From Pseudogymnoascus verrucosus (lineage: Eukaryota): 64,000 nucleotides of DNA. Under the pieces are notes generated by a model, which was not told where the DNA came from, did not search any database, and was given only the letters and a program-made list of their open reading frames with translations. The position numbers and the translations under genes are program-made. The stretch lies in the NCBI GenBank assembly GCA_001662655.1, contig KV460232.1; one strand, 5' to 3'. This document shows positions 35,656 to 48,222 of the stretch, one piece after another (position 1 is the first letter of the stretch; every line of letters starts with the position of its first letter).

Positions 35656-38164
35656 TCAGCTCATCTGCTCAAACCTTTCCTTGGCCTTATCCTTCGCCCG
35701 ACTCACAAAATCCGCATACGACCCCCCCGTTGCCCGATTCGCCTCCTCAACCGCATCTCCCACCTTCCCGCCCTGCGCTCCCAACCCCACACCCTGCGCA
35801 TAAAGGTGTGTCTCAATCGCCTCCGTCCTTCCCGTCCCCTGCGCCCCTAGCCCCTCCCCAGCTGTCCACCCCATCTTGCCCAACAGAGCTGCGCCCTTCG
35901 ACTGCACTGGTTTCAACGGCTCCTCTGCTACGGGTGCAGTAGTGTCTTTTCCTTTCTTATGCTGTGATGAGGGCTGCTTGGGTTGGTTGAAGGCCTTCCG
36001 GCGTTCCTGAGCGCGGTCGCGGTAGGCGGCGTCATTGAGCTTGCCCAGTTTCGTCAGGGCTTTCTCGACCAAATCTTCTTTGAGCATGTTATCGCGATGC
36101 AGCTGGCTGAGGCGCTCGTGCTTGTTAACTTCGGCGTCCGTCTTGAATTGGCGCGAGCAGAGGAGGCAGCACTTCCGGATTGGGTCGGCGAAGGTTTGGG
36201 TGGGTGGTGCATCGGCATCGTTCTGCTGGGCTTCCTTGGCATTGCTATCCCCAGGGCCCTCGGCACTGTTTGCAGGTAGCCCATGTAATTCTGCGTGCTG
36301 GTTTGACCAAAATTTCAGATGGGGCGCGATGATTTTTTTGGTAGCCGCAGTGTCTTCTTTTTCTGCCTTCCGCTTTTTTGATGCTCCGGCCTTTGCCGCA
36401 TCAACCAGGCCTTCGCCAGCTGCTGCTGCCGCCAGCTTCGCGTTGGGGTTCTCTTTCGCCCTGGCATCCGCCGAAGCTTCACGCGCCACAGCCATCTCGC
36501 TAGCAAACGCGCCCTCATCCCAGTACATGAGTTTCATCGCTGGGTTGGACAACGGACTGAAGGTGAACTTTTCAAACTCTTCACTTGGGGCCTGTAGCAC
36601 TGGCACAAAAACACCAGCATGGATATATGAAGCGAGTACAGGCTTCGAGGAGATTGTGAACTTATCTGACGAATTATACTTCGCCATTGCGGCCTGCGCG
36701 TCGTCCACAGAGCCAAATTCAGCAAACCCGTATCGCCAGCTCTCGTTTGTCTTTCTGTCTCGCACAAGAAATACCCTCATTAAAGAGCCTTCCTTCGCCC
36801 CAAGGTTTGCATCAGTGGACGTGGACATCATCTTGGGTTTCTTGTTTGCTTGCGTTTCTGGCGGGGTAGTCGAACCCTTGACGCGGTACAGCTTCGCCAC
36901 ACCTTTGGCGAGCAACTCCTCAGAGACGCCTGGCTCAAGATTTCTGAAGAGTAGGAACTGGGAGGCTTTATTATCTGGGGACACATCGCTGTCTCCCGTG
37001 GTGGTGACACCTGAAAATGCAGATACGCTGGCCTGGGTGGCTACTCCAACTATACCAGTTGCGCTCGGTCCTGATACGGTCAGCTAGATCCAATATATAG
37101 ATCATAGGTACTCACTCATACGAGGAGCATGGCATCTAAAACAAAGCGTTCTTTGCTGGTAATTCGCCAAGCCGCACTGGAAGGAGTCAGCATTTTGTTC
37201 CCGGTGAGGTGCCGGTTGGGCCTACAACTTCGCACATCCAGTCCCCCTCGCCCTTTCCAGGCCGATCTCTATCTTCCTTCTCTCGACTATAGGCCAATCC
37301 AGCTCCTGCATACCCTTCGCCCGTCTGAGGCATACCGTACGACCCTCGAAACTGTATCGAGGGGTAGTACATCTCGAGGAAAACCTTGGAATCTCTCAGC
37401 GTGGCGAATTTCGCAAACGCAAACTGCCTCGATTGACCTGTGCCACATTATCAGACAAACTTCCCCTCCCCAGAAATGCTGTTATACACGCACCAGTTCG
37501 TTTATCCCTAATCAGGCGCACCTGTTCCAGGCCATCCGCAGTAAAGCTCGTCTTCAATTCATGGGCAATCTGTAAAAATCCGCAAAAGGCCAAGAAGGCC
37601 ATTCCCTATGCTTAGCCAGCGTCCCAGTCCAATCGCTCACGAACACTTAGGGTGATGATAATTGCCGGGCATGCATCATGCTGCCACACACGGCGTGAAA
37701 CACGGAAGAATTGGGCCGGGGGGGGTGAGGGGTGCCAACGTCTTCCTGTGTCATCTCCACCGGCAGCCCATCCATGATGAGCGTCCGGCTCGGCGGCCCG
37801 CCATACGGCTCGCGGCTCCTGCTCCTGCTGTATTCGCGTCGCGGCGACCGGTAGCCCTCGCGATCGCGGTCGGTGTAGCGCACCCGGCCTTCTCGGCGGG
37901 GGGATCGCGGCGCATCTGAACGGCGCTCGTATGGGGCGTCGCCTGTTGGGCTGTGGCGCCTCGTTGTCGTCGGCCTTGCGTAATCTTTCAAAACTCCATT
38001 ATCAGCAGTGCTTCGTGGTAGTAGTCCCGCAATAAACCATCGTTACCGTGCGGCGCTTCCGGGCTGTGGCTGTAGCTGTAGCCCTGTTGGCGGCCTGAGT
38101 CGGGGTGATCGTCGTACATGTCTGGCCTGTCGTAGGGGGCCCTGTGGCCGTGAGGGCGACTCAT
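35656..38164 (-). CDS. RBM5/RBM10-like RNA-binding protein (RRMs, RanBP2-type Zn finger, C2H2, G-patch), multi-exon
   Basis: RRM segments PSRTLIMDGLP, VRLIRDKRT and FAFAKF; GDWMCEV; LLFRNLEP...RYGFAEF; CLLCSRQF...H; YRDRAQERR; G-patch GAALLGKMGWTAGEGLGAQGTG. Confidence 0.88.
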
Positions 38165-38440
38165 GTTGGTATATGGATAGCAAGCAATATATAAGATTGT
38201 CGTTGCAATAGAGATGTGAGTTAGTGGTGAGCGCGTTTGACTGGTTCCAGTCCGAAGTTTGTCCAGAGGTGACCGTCTGTGTTTGACAACCACGCAAACA
38301 CCAACCAACGGCAATGCCCGTCGACCTGCCGGGAAGCAACAAAGCCGCCTTTACTTTCGTGATATCGCCGTTGACAAGCCACTTTCTATACTACCGGACC
38401 TGTCCTTCTCCCATCTTATCTTCTACATAATATCGCAAAC

Positions 38441-38967
38441 ATGCCGGTCCCCGCAGGAGCAAACATGGGCGGGCCGTCGACCTTTGACAAGCGTAGGTCT
38501 TAACAGCTCCCCCAGACCACCCAGATGCTAACGTTCAAACAGTGAAGATGGGCGCAATGATGGGCGGCAGTGCGTGTGCAACTCTCCATACCCCGTACGA
38601 TGAACTAACAAGTGCCTAGCTGTGGGCGTCATCATCGGCTTCATCTTTGGTTTGCCTCTCCCCCCCGCGGGCATACAATTGCAAAATCTGACCAGCAACA
38701 GGAAGCGTCAACATTATGCGCTACGGCGCTGGACCCAACGGCGTGATGAGGTCTCTAGGGCAATACATGGCTGGATCCGGGGCAACATTTGGGTTCGTCT
38801 AGACATCATGCGCAAGTTGCGATTGTTTACTGATTCCCTCAATTAGGTTCTTCATGGGTATCGGTAGCACCATTCGCCAAGACACCTCTCCCATCATGGC
38901 CGAGGCATACCTCAATGCACGAAGGCGCGCAATGATCATGCCACGCGCGCGCCCAAACTCGAATTAA
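38441..38967 (+). CDS. MGR2: Mgr2/Romo1 family mitochondrial TIM23 subunit, about 5 small exons
   Basis: PSTFDK|KMGAMMGG|VGVIIGFIF|GSVNIMRYGAGPNGVMRSLGQYMAGSGATFG|FFMGIGSTIR. Confidence 0.9.
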
Positions 38968-39327
38968 ATGGAGAGGGGAACTATATACGGGGGAAGAGGA
39001 GGGAGGGGAGGCTGTAACGATTAGTGTACAAAGACTGTGATATTAGCCGGTGACTTCTCTCAAGACTCTGGGGATATCAAAAATATATCAAAAATCTGGG
39101 CCAACCATGGAAGAGAGGAGAAGGAGGGCATACAGCTCCAGAGCATGCTGCGATGGGTTGTTATAAAAAATCATAAATAAACTTCAAATACAGCACATGT
39201 TCATCTTCTTCATTGAGCTCCAGACAAAATTTGCTTGGCACATGAAAGCCAGCCAGCCTCCGCATAGAAGCTTGGGTATAAAGCTAACAACCTTCATGTC
39301 CAATACATACGCCGAACCACCACAGGC

Positions 39328-40134
39328 CTATTTCTGATGTACAACCGGTCCATGCCCTTTCTCGAGCGGCGGCCCAGGTCGCCTGGTATCTTCCTCTTCC
39401 GGAAGGGGGTCAGATTTTACGATTATCTGCTCCGGCGCAGCATCCTCTTCCACAGCATCCCCCGCCACCTTCTCCCCCCCAACTTCCTCCTCCACACCTT
39501 CATCCACCTTCTCCCCCCCAACCTTCCCCTCCACCCCCCCATCATCCACCCTCTCCCCCACCCCCCCATCCCTATTAGCCCTCCACACCCCCCCGCTTTC
39601 AAACCTCTCCATCTTCCACACCTCCACCTCCCCCTTACACCTCTCCAACGCCTCCTCCCCCCCCCTCCACGCCTCCCCCCTATGCTTCGTCGCCAACGCA
39701 ACCAGAATACTCTCCTCCCCCACCCCCACCTCCCCCAACCTATGAACGATCGCCACCCCCGACGCCCCGTACTTCTCCTGTATGTCCGTGCAGATTCGCA
39801 GCATGGAGCGCAGCGCGAGAGGCGCGTAGGCGGAGTAGGATAAGCCCGTTACGGTTTCGGTGCCGAAGGTCGAGCGTGTTGTGCCGGAGAAGAGGACGTT
39901 GGCGCCGGAGTGGGGGGAGCGCACTAGGGAGAGGATGTGTGTGGCGGAGAGGGGGAGGGTGGTGAGGGTCGCGTGGCAGGTGGGGGTTGAGAGGGTGGTG
40001 GTGGAGGGGTTGGGGTGGGTGAGTGTTGGTTGGGGGGAGGTGGTGGTGGTGGTGGAGGGGTTGCTTGAGGTGGTCGTGGGTCGGTTTGAGGGCGAGGTGG
40101 TGGAGGGGCTGTCGATTGGGGCGTTAGAGGCCAT
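39328..40134 (-). CDS. cnxH: Molybdopterin synthase catalytic subunit (MoaE/MOCS2B/CnxH)
   Basis: Motifs GANVLFSGTTR, LSYSAYAPLA, HRLGEVGVGEESI, HRGEAW and VEVWKME. Confidence 0.92.
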   Translation of the reverse strand: MASNAPIDSPSTTSPSNRPTTTSSNPSTTTTTSPQPTLTHPNPSTTTLSTPTCHATLTTLPLSATHILSLVRSPHSGANVLFSGTTRSTFGTETVTGLSYSAYAPLALRSMLRICTDIQEKYGASGVAIVHRLGEVGVGEESILVALATKHRGEAWRGGEEALERCKGEVEVWKMERFESGGVWRANRDGGVGERVDDGGVEGKVGGEKVDEGVEEEVGGEKVAGDAVEEDAAPEQIIVKSDPLPEEEDTRRPGPPLEKGHGPVVHQK

Positions 40135-40676
40135 AATGAGCGTTTTTTACGGTGATGAGGCGCAAGATTTGGTGGTGGATGAGGGGTTGTTGATGCGTCG
40201 AGGTGAGGTGGGGTTGTATGAACGGAGGCCGCCGACGTGTCTGGCGGCGACAATCTATTGATAAGGCGGCAAAGTTTTGGAGACCCCAATTGATATTATC
40301 GAGCCACAACAACGAACAGTCCGCCGTAAAGCCAACGAAAGGGGAAAAAAGATGAGGAGTAAGGTTATAAATATTGAAGTACGTACAATTGTCCCCGGAA
40401 TTGGAAATCCGCTACCACCATCGTCATCCCGCGCGGGTTAAGTTTACGCCGCAGCCGATCTTCCTGACGCCGATAAATCGGGATGGCTCTACCAGAGAAC
40501 CACGGCAGGAAATCTGACAAGTCTCACATACAATAAACAGATAATACCGGTGGTGGTGTATGCAATACATAGATCCAGCCTCCTCCCAGCCAGCCAAAAA
40601 AATACACTATATACAAGCCCCAAGCTCAGCTCAAGACTCCCCTAGTACCCTAGTAACCCCCCTTTATCCCACCCCT

Positions 40677-43551
40677 TTACTCCGTTAACCTCCTACTCCT
40701 CCCCCTCAACCCCCCCATCCCAATTTCCCTTACCTCCAACCCCAACCCCACCCCCCTTCTCCTAACATCCCTCTTCCCACCTCCCCCCACAACCCCCTCC
40801 CCAGCATCAACCTTCCACCCCAAAAAGTCCACACTAACACCACTCCCCACCGTCACATTCCCCGCGCTGGTATACACATTCCCCACCAAAAAACTCGTAA
40901 TCTTCGTCTGCGCCACCGCCGCAGCATCGAGAGAGAGGGTTTGCAAGATATACAACACAGCGGTGCGCGAGAAATCGAGTGTAGATTCCGATACCGTGAA
41001 GTTCGCCGCCGCCGCTGCTTCTGCTGCGGATGCCGCTGAGGAAGAAGAAGAATCCGATGACGAGGAAGTGGGAGTAGAAGTAGGCGCAGAAGTAGAGGAC
41101 TGTGATTCCGCAGGCATACTCGACGTTTCCGACGGCATAACCTCCTCCGTCCTCGGCGCCAACCGCGCATCAACTTCTTCCGCGCGCCGCCTCCTCGCAC
41201 CCGATCCCTGGACAATACTCGTTGGCCCCGTCGTCGCCGCCGCGGAAGTCCTGGACGTCCCCGCACTCGGCGCAACGGCGGCGCTCTGGCTCACGGCGCC
41301 GGGGTTAAATGACACAATCGCGTTCTGGGCGTCACAGCTTAGATCCGCGTCGCTGAAGCGGGAGACGACTTTGGCGAAGTCGAGGGGGATGTTGTAATCC
41401 ACTGCTGCGTTGGAGATGAGGGCGGGAATGGAGACGCCGATAGTGACGTCTGTGTATGTTTTTGCTTTTGTGGAGGTGGTGGCGGTGGATGTGAAGTTGA
41501 CGGTGGTGCAACCGACGGCTGATTCGTCGTCGCAGTTTGTGCCGGTGAAATTGTTGACGCAGATACAACTACACACCCCCCCATTAATGATGCTCTGCCC
41601 GCCATTATTACACGTGCTATCCTTCTCGCAGATTTGCAGCGCCGAGAGGTTTTGATTCGCATCAGGTTTTTTATTCAACACCAGTAGTTCTAGCGGAACC
41701 ACGATAGCGGCGGCGATCACAAGTAACAAAACGATGAGGAGGATTAGGAACCAACAGATCGGCATTCCGCAGCAGCGCCGTCCGTTGCGCGGACGTGCGT
41801 CGTTTTCGTCGTTGGGGGTGCGGAGGTCGGCGAGGGAGGACTCGTAGGCGGGCCAGCGGGTTCCGGACTTCGGTGTGTCTACCGGCGTAGCTAGACCCGG
41901 CGGAGGGAAGGCGGCGAGCATACCGGAGATTCCAGAAGGAGTATTGCGATGGCGACCTGTTGAGTTAGTTAGTGGCTGGACGGAAGTTGTGTAATAGGAG
42001 TAAAGGTAGTGGCATACCATTCCCAGCCTTCCCCTTCTCTCCCCCAGGGGGAGGGAAATCATTAAGATCGTTCAGCCGGCTCGCAGGTCGTTTGCCCTCA
42101 TTCATCATGGATGCTAACCTCGTAGCTCGTCTAATCAAATCCGGTAAACTCGTCAGACTCCCCCTCGCCTCCGCGTCGCGCACCGCATCCATGTTCAGCC
42201 GCGGGGGCCGACGGATCGCGGAGTTGCGGCTATATTGGATCTCCTTCTCCCCGCCGCCCAAATCGAATGGACTTCCCGACGGACTTCGCGAATTCATCTT
42301 CGCTGCCGCGGGGACTGCTGCGATCGGCGCCAATTTCTCCATCTCGATCCCGGTAGGCGAGGATGTGAGCGTCGAGTCGGAATCAGATGATGATAACAAA
42401 TCACCTAACTCCTTATTCCCCTCCGTCGGCGAATCAGGGCCAAAAGTAGGCCACGTCGTATCCCTCTGCATCGCCATTGGCACCAACATCCCCCCCTGCG
42501 CACCATTCGCCCGCTGTTGCGGCACCCCCTTCCTCCCCGTCCCCTCAATAACCCCCGCATTCTGCAGATTCCTCGTCTTCTCCAACACCCCTCCTCTCGA
42601 CTGCGGAGGCGTCTTCTCCTGCTGGTTCTTCGTCACGATAATACTCGGCTTCGCCCTCTTCCCCACGCTCGCGCTGCGGACGATGCCCACGCTCGGTTCA
42701 GCGTCCTCAGTGTCCTCGCCCATCATCATCTCCTTATCGAAGAGCGCTTGCTGGTCCGTCTCGTAGCCGTACCTCATCTCGCCCCAGTTGGATGGGATGG
42801 CGGTGCTAGAGGCGTAGGAGCCGTGCGAGGTGGTGGCTTTGGGGCTTTCTTCCGGGATGGGGGAGACGAAGGATTGCATTGAGTAGTAGGAGGACGGCCC
42901 GCGGCGGGATGAAGGGGGTGGTCCGAGTCCGGTCGAGTTGCTGTGGTTTGCGCCGGTTACTGGGATGGGGAAGTCGGGGATTGTCCCAATTGTCCCAACG
43001 GATGAGTTCGTCGAGGCTCTTGATTGCATGGTCATGGGGGTGACAGGCGACAACATATCCGGTGATCGCATGTCATCTAAATGCTGTTGCGCCTCCCTCG
43101 ACTGTGATCCGGATTGTGACGGTCCTGATTTCGGTTGATACGGAAACGACGGCGTATGATCCTGCACCTTCGAGGCATCAAGAATCGACGGTACAAAACT
43201 AGGACGAGGCGGCCTCTGAGGAGCCTTACCCCGCCCCGACGGAGGTTGGTATTGCTGTGCGTTATCATTTATCTCCGGCCTCCCCGTTTGCGACGAAAGA
43301 GGCCATTGCGGGGCAGGCGTAGGGCGCGATATCGCTGCTCCTATCCCCTGTCCTGTTCGTGACGCCGTAATAGCTTGTGGTAAAGGTTGCCTCGGGCGGT
43401 TCTCGCCGCGCGCCTGTTGTTGGCCTTGGCGCATCCGTGGTGGTGATTCTGAGGTCGCCTGTAGACGTTCCCTTTCCGCCTGTTCCCTCGCGCGCTTCAC
43501 GGAGCCGCCATTGCGGCTTAATTCGGTGGGTTTTTGTATGGGCAAATCCAT
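40677..43551 (-). CDS. Hypothetical single-pass (type II) membrane protein with a long low-complexity N-terminus and an EGF-like Cys motif after the TM
   Basis: Exons 43551-42018 and 41956-40677. Motif RGSLTSLPDLIRRATRLA, RRCCGMP followed by a TM helix, and CEKDSTCNNGG...CSCICVNNFTGTNC. Confidence 0.8.
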
Positions 43552-45617
43552 TGCAACCAATTCGGGTGTAATGGTTTATAGTAGAATATATGTAGAGCGC
43601 CTTTGCATCTTCGAAGTCGGAAATGGTGTGCGCGCAATTGTTAGAATCGGATAGGCGTATGTCCTCTGCCAGAAAGTATATAGAATGTGAAGAATGCCAG
43701 CATCCGCAAGGCCGCACTGCACTACTCTGCGACTCCGGGCGACTGGCGCAAAATCGGAAGAAGGAAGACCTGGTATATTTTCCGAAGTTCGAGTCGAAGA
43801 AGTGAATTTGTTGTGAAACGAGATTGGTGTTGGTTCAAATGAGGCAAACAAAGAAAAGTCGCCTTGGTGGGTATATCGTAGAATCGAATAATCGGAATGC
43901 AACACACACACAAAAAGAGTGAAAGGGCCAGCCAAGCAGCCGATGGAGGTGTCGAATTTAGTAGCGTATGCGTATGAGAAAAACTAGAGAGAATCCGATA
44001 TTAGAACATCATCATCCCATACATTGGAAGCAAAGTTGGCAACAGTCGAACGAACGGATGGGAAACAGGTCAGGGTGGGATGGTGAAGCGTCGTATCGCA
44101 GCAGACATTCGACCGAAACAGGCAGAGTCCGAGGGCGATTGCGACGTCGTCGTCGACTTGGAACGCACAACCTCTCCCAATGCGGTATCACGGGGGGGTG
44201 TGAATGAAAAGAGCGGTCACATACAATTGGCGTTTCAGGACCTGCAACAACGGTTCATGCGCGATATGTCCGCGTGAGAGTAAAGGCAACCACAATCCGA
44301 AGCTCCGAGCGAGTTAATTGACGACAGGTTACTTTTTTTTGGTAGTTTCCAGTGTTTTTGTCGAGTGTATCCTGTTCACTCTTGTTTTGGTTTGGCGTCG
44401 AGCCTGTGGGTAGTCCTGTGACTGCTGGCGGTGATGATGAGAGGGGAAAACGAACGGCAAGGCAGCCAAATGGCCAAGGTGAGCAAAGAACAGAATCGCA
44501 AGATGCGAAGAGCAGCTCGATCAAAGCCAAGAGTCGATCAAGAGCCGGTGAAAGGGAAGGAAGGGAAGGAAAAGAGGAGGGAAAGTAGAAAGGCAGCGGA
44601 GTGAGTGAGTGAGGGTTTGCTGACAGGCTTGCTGTCTAACTGCAGTGCACGCACAGCTTTGTTGGAGTCGAGCGAGCCGCAATGAGGGACGGAGGCATAC
44701 ACTATGCGCGAAGGAAGGAAGGGAGAGGGGAGAGAAGTGAGCAAGGGAGATTCAGGTGCCTAGTCTCCACTGACAGAACACTGATATGAGCTGATACGAA
44801 AGTATCTCCTCCTCCAGCCAGAGTACAGCAGTATCCATCACCGTCCCGACCACCTTATGCTCCGTGCATCCTCCTTTCCCCCATAAACCCAGACTTACCC
44901 GACATTGGCAGGTGTGCTGTCGTGGTTAGGCATTGGAGGATTCCCAGCGAAATTGAGCCCACAGCACAGTCCTATCCAGCAGTAGCAGCTCTTCTCCTGC
45001 GGCCCACGACCAGACGAACAGCCCGACCCACGCTTGAACCCTGAGATACTGTACTGTACAGCGCGCTGTGATCCGTCGCGTCGTCGCTGATCCCTGACTC
45101 TCCTGCACCACCAGCACGCTACGCACGCTACGCCCCCACTGATCCCTGACCCACGTCACATCCGAGCCACGCTACACCCGTGTGGAGGCGTTCGAGTGGC
45201 CTGGGAGAGGACCCATTTGGCAGCGGCGGACGATTCAGAAGTTGCTGGCGGCGGTCCAGTGGGGGAGCTGGGAGTAAGCCTTGGAGGCTTGGAGGTGCCA
45301 CTAGAAGAAGTTATCCTAGGATTCAGCGTTGTGCAGTGCGGGAGGCACGCGTGAGTGGACGTACGGAGTATAGTGCCTGCGGGTGGGATGTGAAGAAAGG
45401 CCGTGCAGGGGATTGGGAGTGGTGGTTAATCTGCGTTGGTAGTGGTACAGAGTGTGCACAAATAACAGGTAATCACAGCCAACAAACAATAATAATACGT
45501 ACAAATATCACAGTAATACGCAACCAATGACAAATCCCCAAAAATACGAAAATCACTCTATTCTCGACAACAACAACTCCCAATAGTACAACAATTTTCT
45601 TCTATTTTTCCATTTTC

Positions 45618-45653
45618 CCCAATTATCCCAATTATCCCAATTATCCCAATTAT
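45618..45653. repeat. (CCCAATTAT)4 minisatellite
   Basis: Directly visible. Confidence 0.9.
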
Positions 45654-46349
45654 CCCCCCTCTCTAACCCACCTCGCCTAAACACCACACAACCACTCACC
45701 CCTGGACGTATGGCCCGTGCCCCGTTGACCCCCAGCTGGCTTTGTTTCAGATTCCTGCACAGCACGACACCCGGCTTATGGGTCCGGTCCATCAGCTTCA
45801 TTTATCCCTGCGAATTTTGCTCAACACCAGACACCGACATATTATACATATTATACCCTCAATTACGCTCATTACAGTGGTTATGCGAATAAAAGGATAC
45901 GAGGATGCAGTTATACTACAGCTCAGTAATGATCTAAAGATACACACATATCAAAGCATTCCATTCCGATATCACCATCCTCCAACCCACTCAACGCAAC
46001 CACATAACCACCAACACGGGATCACCATTTCATCTCCACCACACCTCCACCACCCTTCTAGCCCCATGCACAGAACCCCTACCCTCCCTCCACCACACGC
46101 GTTTGACGCTTACAACCTCAAGCCCAGACCCCTTCATCATCGCATCTCTTCCCCAAACCAGCAAAGCCCTCCTTGCCATCCCTCACTAACCCCCCGACGT
46201 CATCCCTATCGCTACTGCTGTAGATATGTAGCGGGAGGAGAGATTGCGACGGCGGCGACGATCACATTATTTTTGGACGCGGCAAGGGAGGGAGGGAGAT
46301 GAGCGCGCGGTGGGGATTGCGATTCATGGATGTAGTCGAGATGAGGTGT

Positions 46350-46645
46350 GGTGATCGACGGGGAGCTGTTGGGATGGGTGAAGGTGCGTGGTTTATTGTG
46401 GTCGAGACCAGAGGATGCACGCTGGTGAGTGCTGATCAACGGGAGCTGTTGGGGAAGGTGCATGTCTTCATCGCGGCCGAAGCTGCAGATGAGCTGCGCT
46501 TCTAGCGTCGTGCATGCTGCTGATCAATAGGAGCTGCTCGTGGGACGGGCGAAGGTGCATAGCATTTGGATGTTTGTTTATTGTATTGTGGCCTAAGCTG
46601 AGGGGAGCTGCAGGTGAGCTGCGCTTCTAGCTTCTTGCATGCTGT
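46350..46645. repeat. Degenerate tandem repeat, about 3 copies of an 80-125 bp unit
   Basis: tgatcracrggagctg..ggg..gaaggtgcrt occurs at about 46352, 46433 and 46521. gctgcagrtgagctgcgcttctagc...tgcatgctg occurs at about 46482 and 46607. Confidence 0.75.
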
Positions 46646-46863
46646 TCTGGGGGTGGTGATCCCTCGTCCACTCGTCGTATGGACAACTGCCTGTGAGGTC
46701 TATCCCTTCCCTTCGGCATCCAGCCTGCCACTCGGGACGACAACAGCTCCCTCCCCTCGCCTTGAAGCACCATGGCACCGAACCGTCACCACGGCTTACC
46801 CCGTCCGTCCCGATTCCCATCTACATAGTCCTCACCGGCTCCTATCCTTCCCTCTTCACCCCT

Positions 46864-48222
46864 TCACCCCTCCACCTTCCCCGAAGCCACCTTCCGATAC
46901 TTACTCCACGTCGACTTCTGCACCTCATTCTGCTCATTCACAATCGCCCACAACTCCTCATTCTCCTTCCTAAGCGCTTCATCCGTCTTCCCCCCCTTCA
47001 CCGCTGCCGCCGCCGCAGGAGCCGCCGAGAACTCCAAAATCGCCCTCTCCAACTCCCCCTCATCAAACCCAACCTCCTTAACCTGCACCCCCTTCCTCCC
47101 CTCCCCCTTCCCTAACAACCCGCCCAAAAACTGCCCAACGAACACCCCATTTCCCTCTCCCAGCCGCGGCTTCGATACACCCACCGCCGCTACCCTCTCA
47201 GCACCCTTTAGAGGGTCAAGCATGACTAGATTCGTAACGGGGGCGTTCACATCCCCTAACTCCGCGACGAACTTCTTCGCCCCGCTCTCCCACTGCGTGA
47301 TCTTGCCCGATGCGTGCCCGGATACGAGAGTTGTGCCGTCGTAGCTCACGCCTAGGCAATGCACCTCCCCCAGCTCTGTAGGTGCGCCGGTAAGGGGCGT
47401 AGGAGGGACTTGGATAGGCGTAGCCTGTTGCTCCGCGTCATGAAGTGCGTTCACCGCCGCCTTCGGCACGAACAAATCAACCGCCTGCACATCCCCATTC
47501 TCGAACCCTATGTAAACCGCACGATCGCACGGGTCGAGGGCGAGGCATGTTGGGGTTGCTGGGAGGAGGAATGTGCGTAGTAGTTCACCAGTCTGGTAGT
47601 TCCATACGATCGCCGTATTATCCTTACTCGCCGAGACACAGATATTCGTCCCGCTCCCCCCATGGCCGAGGACTACATCCGTGACTCCCGCGCGATGATT
47701 CGACAGCGCGCGCAGCGGCTCGTGGGGGCCACTCGTAGCTTGAGAAAGCAGCGCGGGTACAGACCACACATACAATTTCGAGTCCGCGGACCCAGAAACC
47801 AAGTGCGTCGCATCACCACTCAAACACGTAACAGGCTGTAAATGCGACGTCGGCGTCGACACCTGTCGTCCCGTCAACACCTCCCACAGAATAACTCTCC
47901 CCTCCGCCGTCCCCAGCGCGAGCAATCCATCATGCAGCAACGCGAGACTGTGTATCCGCTCCGGAAACGAGACGAGAGCTTCCTGGTTCGCGCGCTGGCG
48001 CGAGTAGATGTGCACGACGGCCTTGTCGGCTTGCGCGGCGAAGATGTGCGTGCTGCTCACGGCGAGGCAGTGGGGGGTGGTGGAGGATTTCTTGAAGGCG
48101 CTGTCGATGGTGTAGGTCGGGTGGAGGGTGTGCGTGTAGATCCCGATGTCTTTGGAGATGGCGGTGTTGGCGGATTTGGGGGCGGCGCGGATGGAGGTTA
48201 TGAAGTTTTCGGAGAGGGACAT
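46864..48222 (-). CDS. IPI3: Pre-rRNA processing WD40 protein Ipi3 (Rix1 complex)
   Basis: HIFAAQADKAVVHIY, GRVILWEVLTGR, HLQPVTCL, SASKDNTAIVWNY and LLRTFLLP, with a C-terminal coiled coil. Confidence 0.9.
   Translation of the reverse strand: MSLSENFITSIRAAPKSANTAISKDIGIYTHTLHPTYTIDSAFKKSSTTPHCLAVSSTHIFAAQADKAVVHIYSRQRANQEALVSFPERIHSLALLHDGLLALGTAEGRVILWEVLTGRQVSTPTSHLQPVTCLSGDATHLVSGSADSKLYVWSVPALLSQATSGPHEPLRALSNHRAGVTDVVLGHGGSGTNICVSASKDNTAIVWNYQTGELLRTFLLPATPTCLALDPCDRAVYIGFENGDVQAVDLFVPKAAVNALHDAEQQATPIQVPPTPLTGAPTELGEVHCLGVSYDGTTLVSGHASGKITQWESGAKKFVAELGDVNAPVTNLVMLDPLKGAERVAAVGVSKPRLGEGNGVFVGQFLGGLLGKGEGRKGVQVKEVGFDEGELERAILEFSAAPAAAAAVKGGKTDEALRKENEELWAIVNEQNEVQKSTWSKYRKVASGKVEG

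Noticed and set aside
36035..37087. 350-aa plus-strand ORF
   Set aside because: Antisense to the RBM5-like exon, with no recognisable domain.
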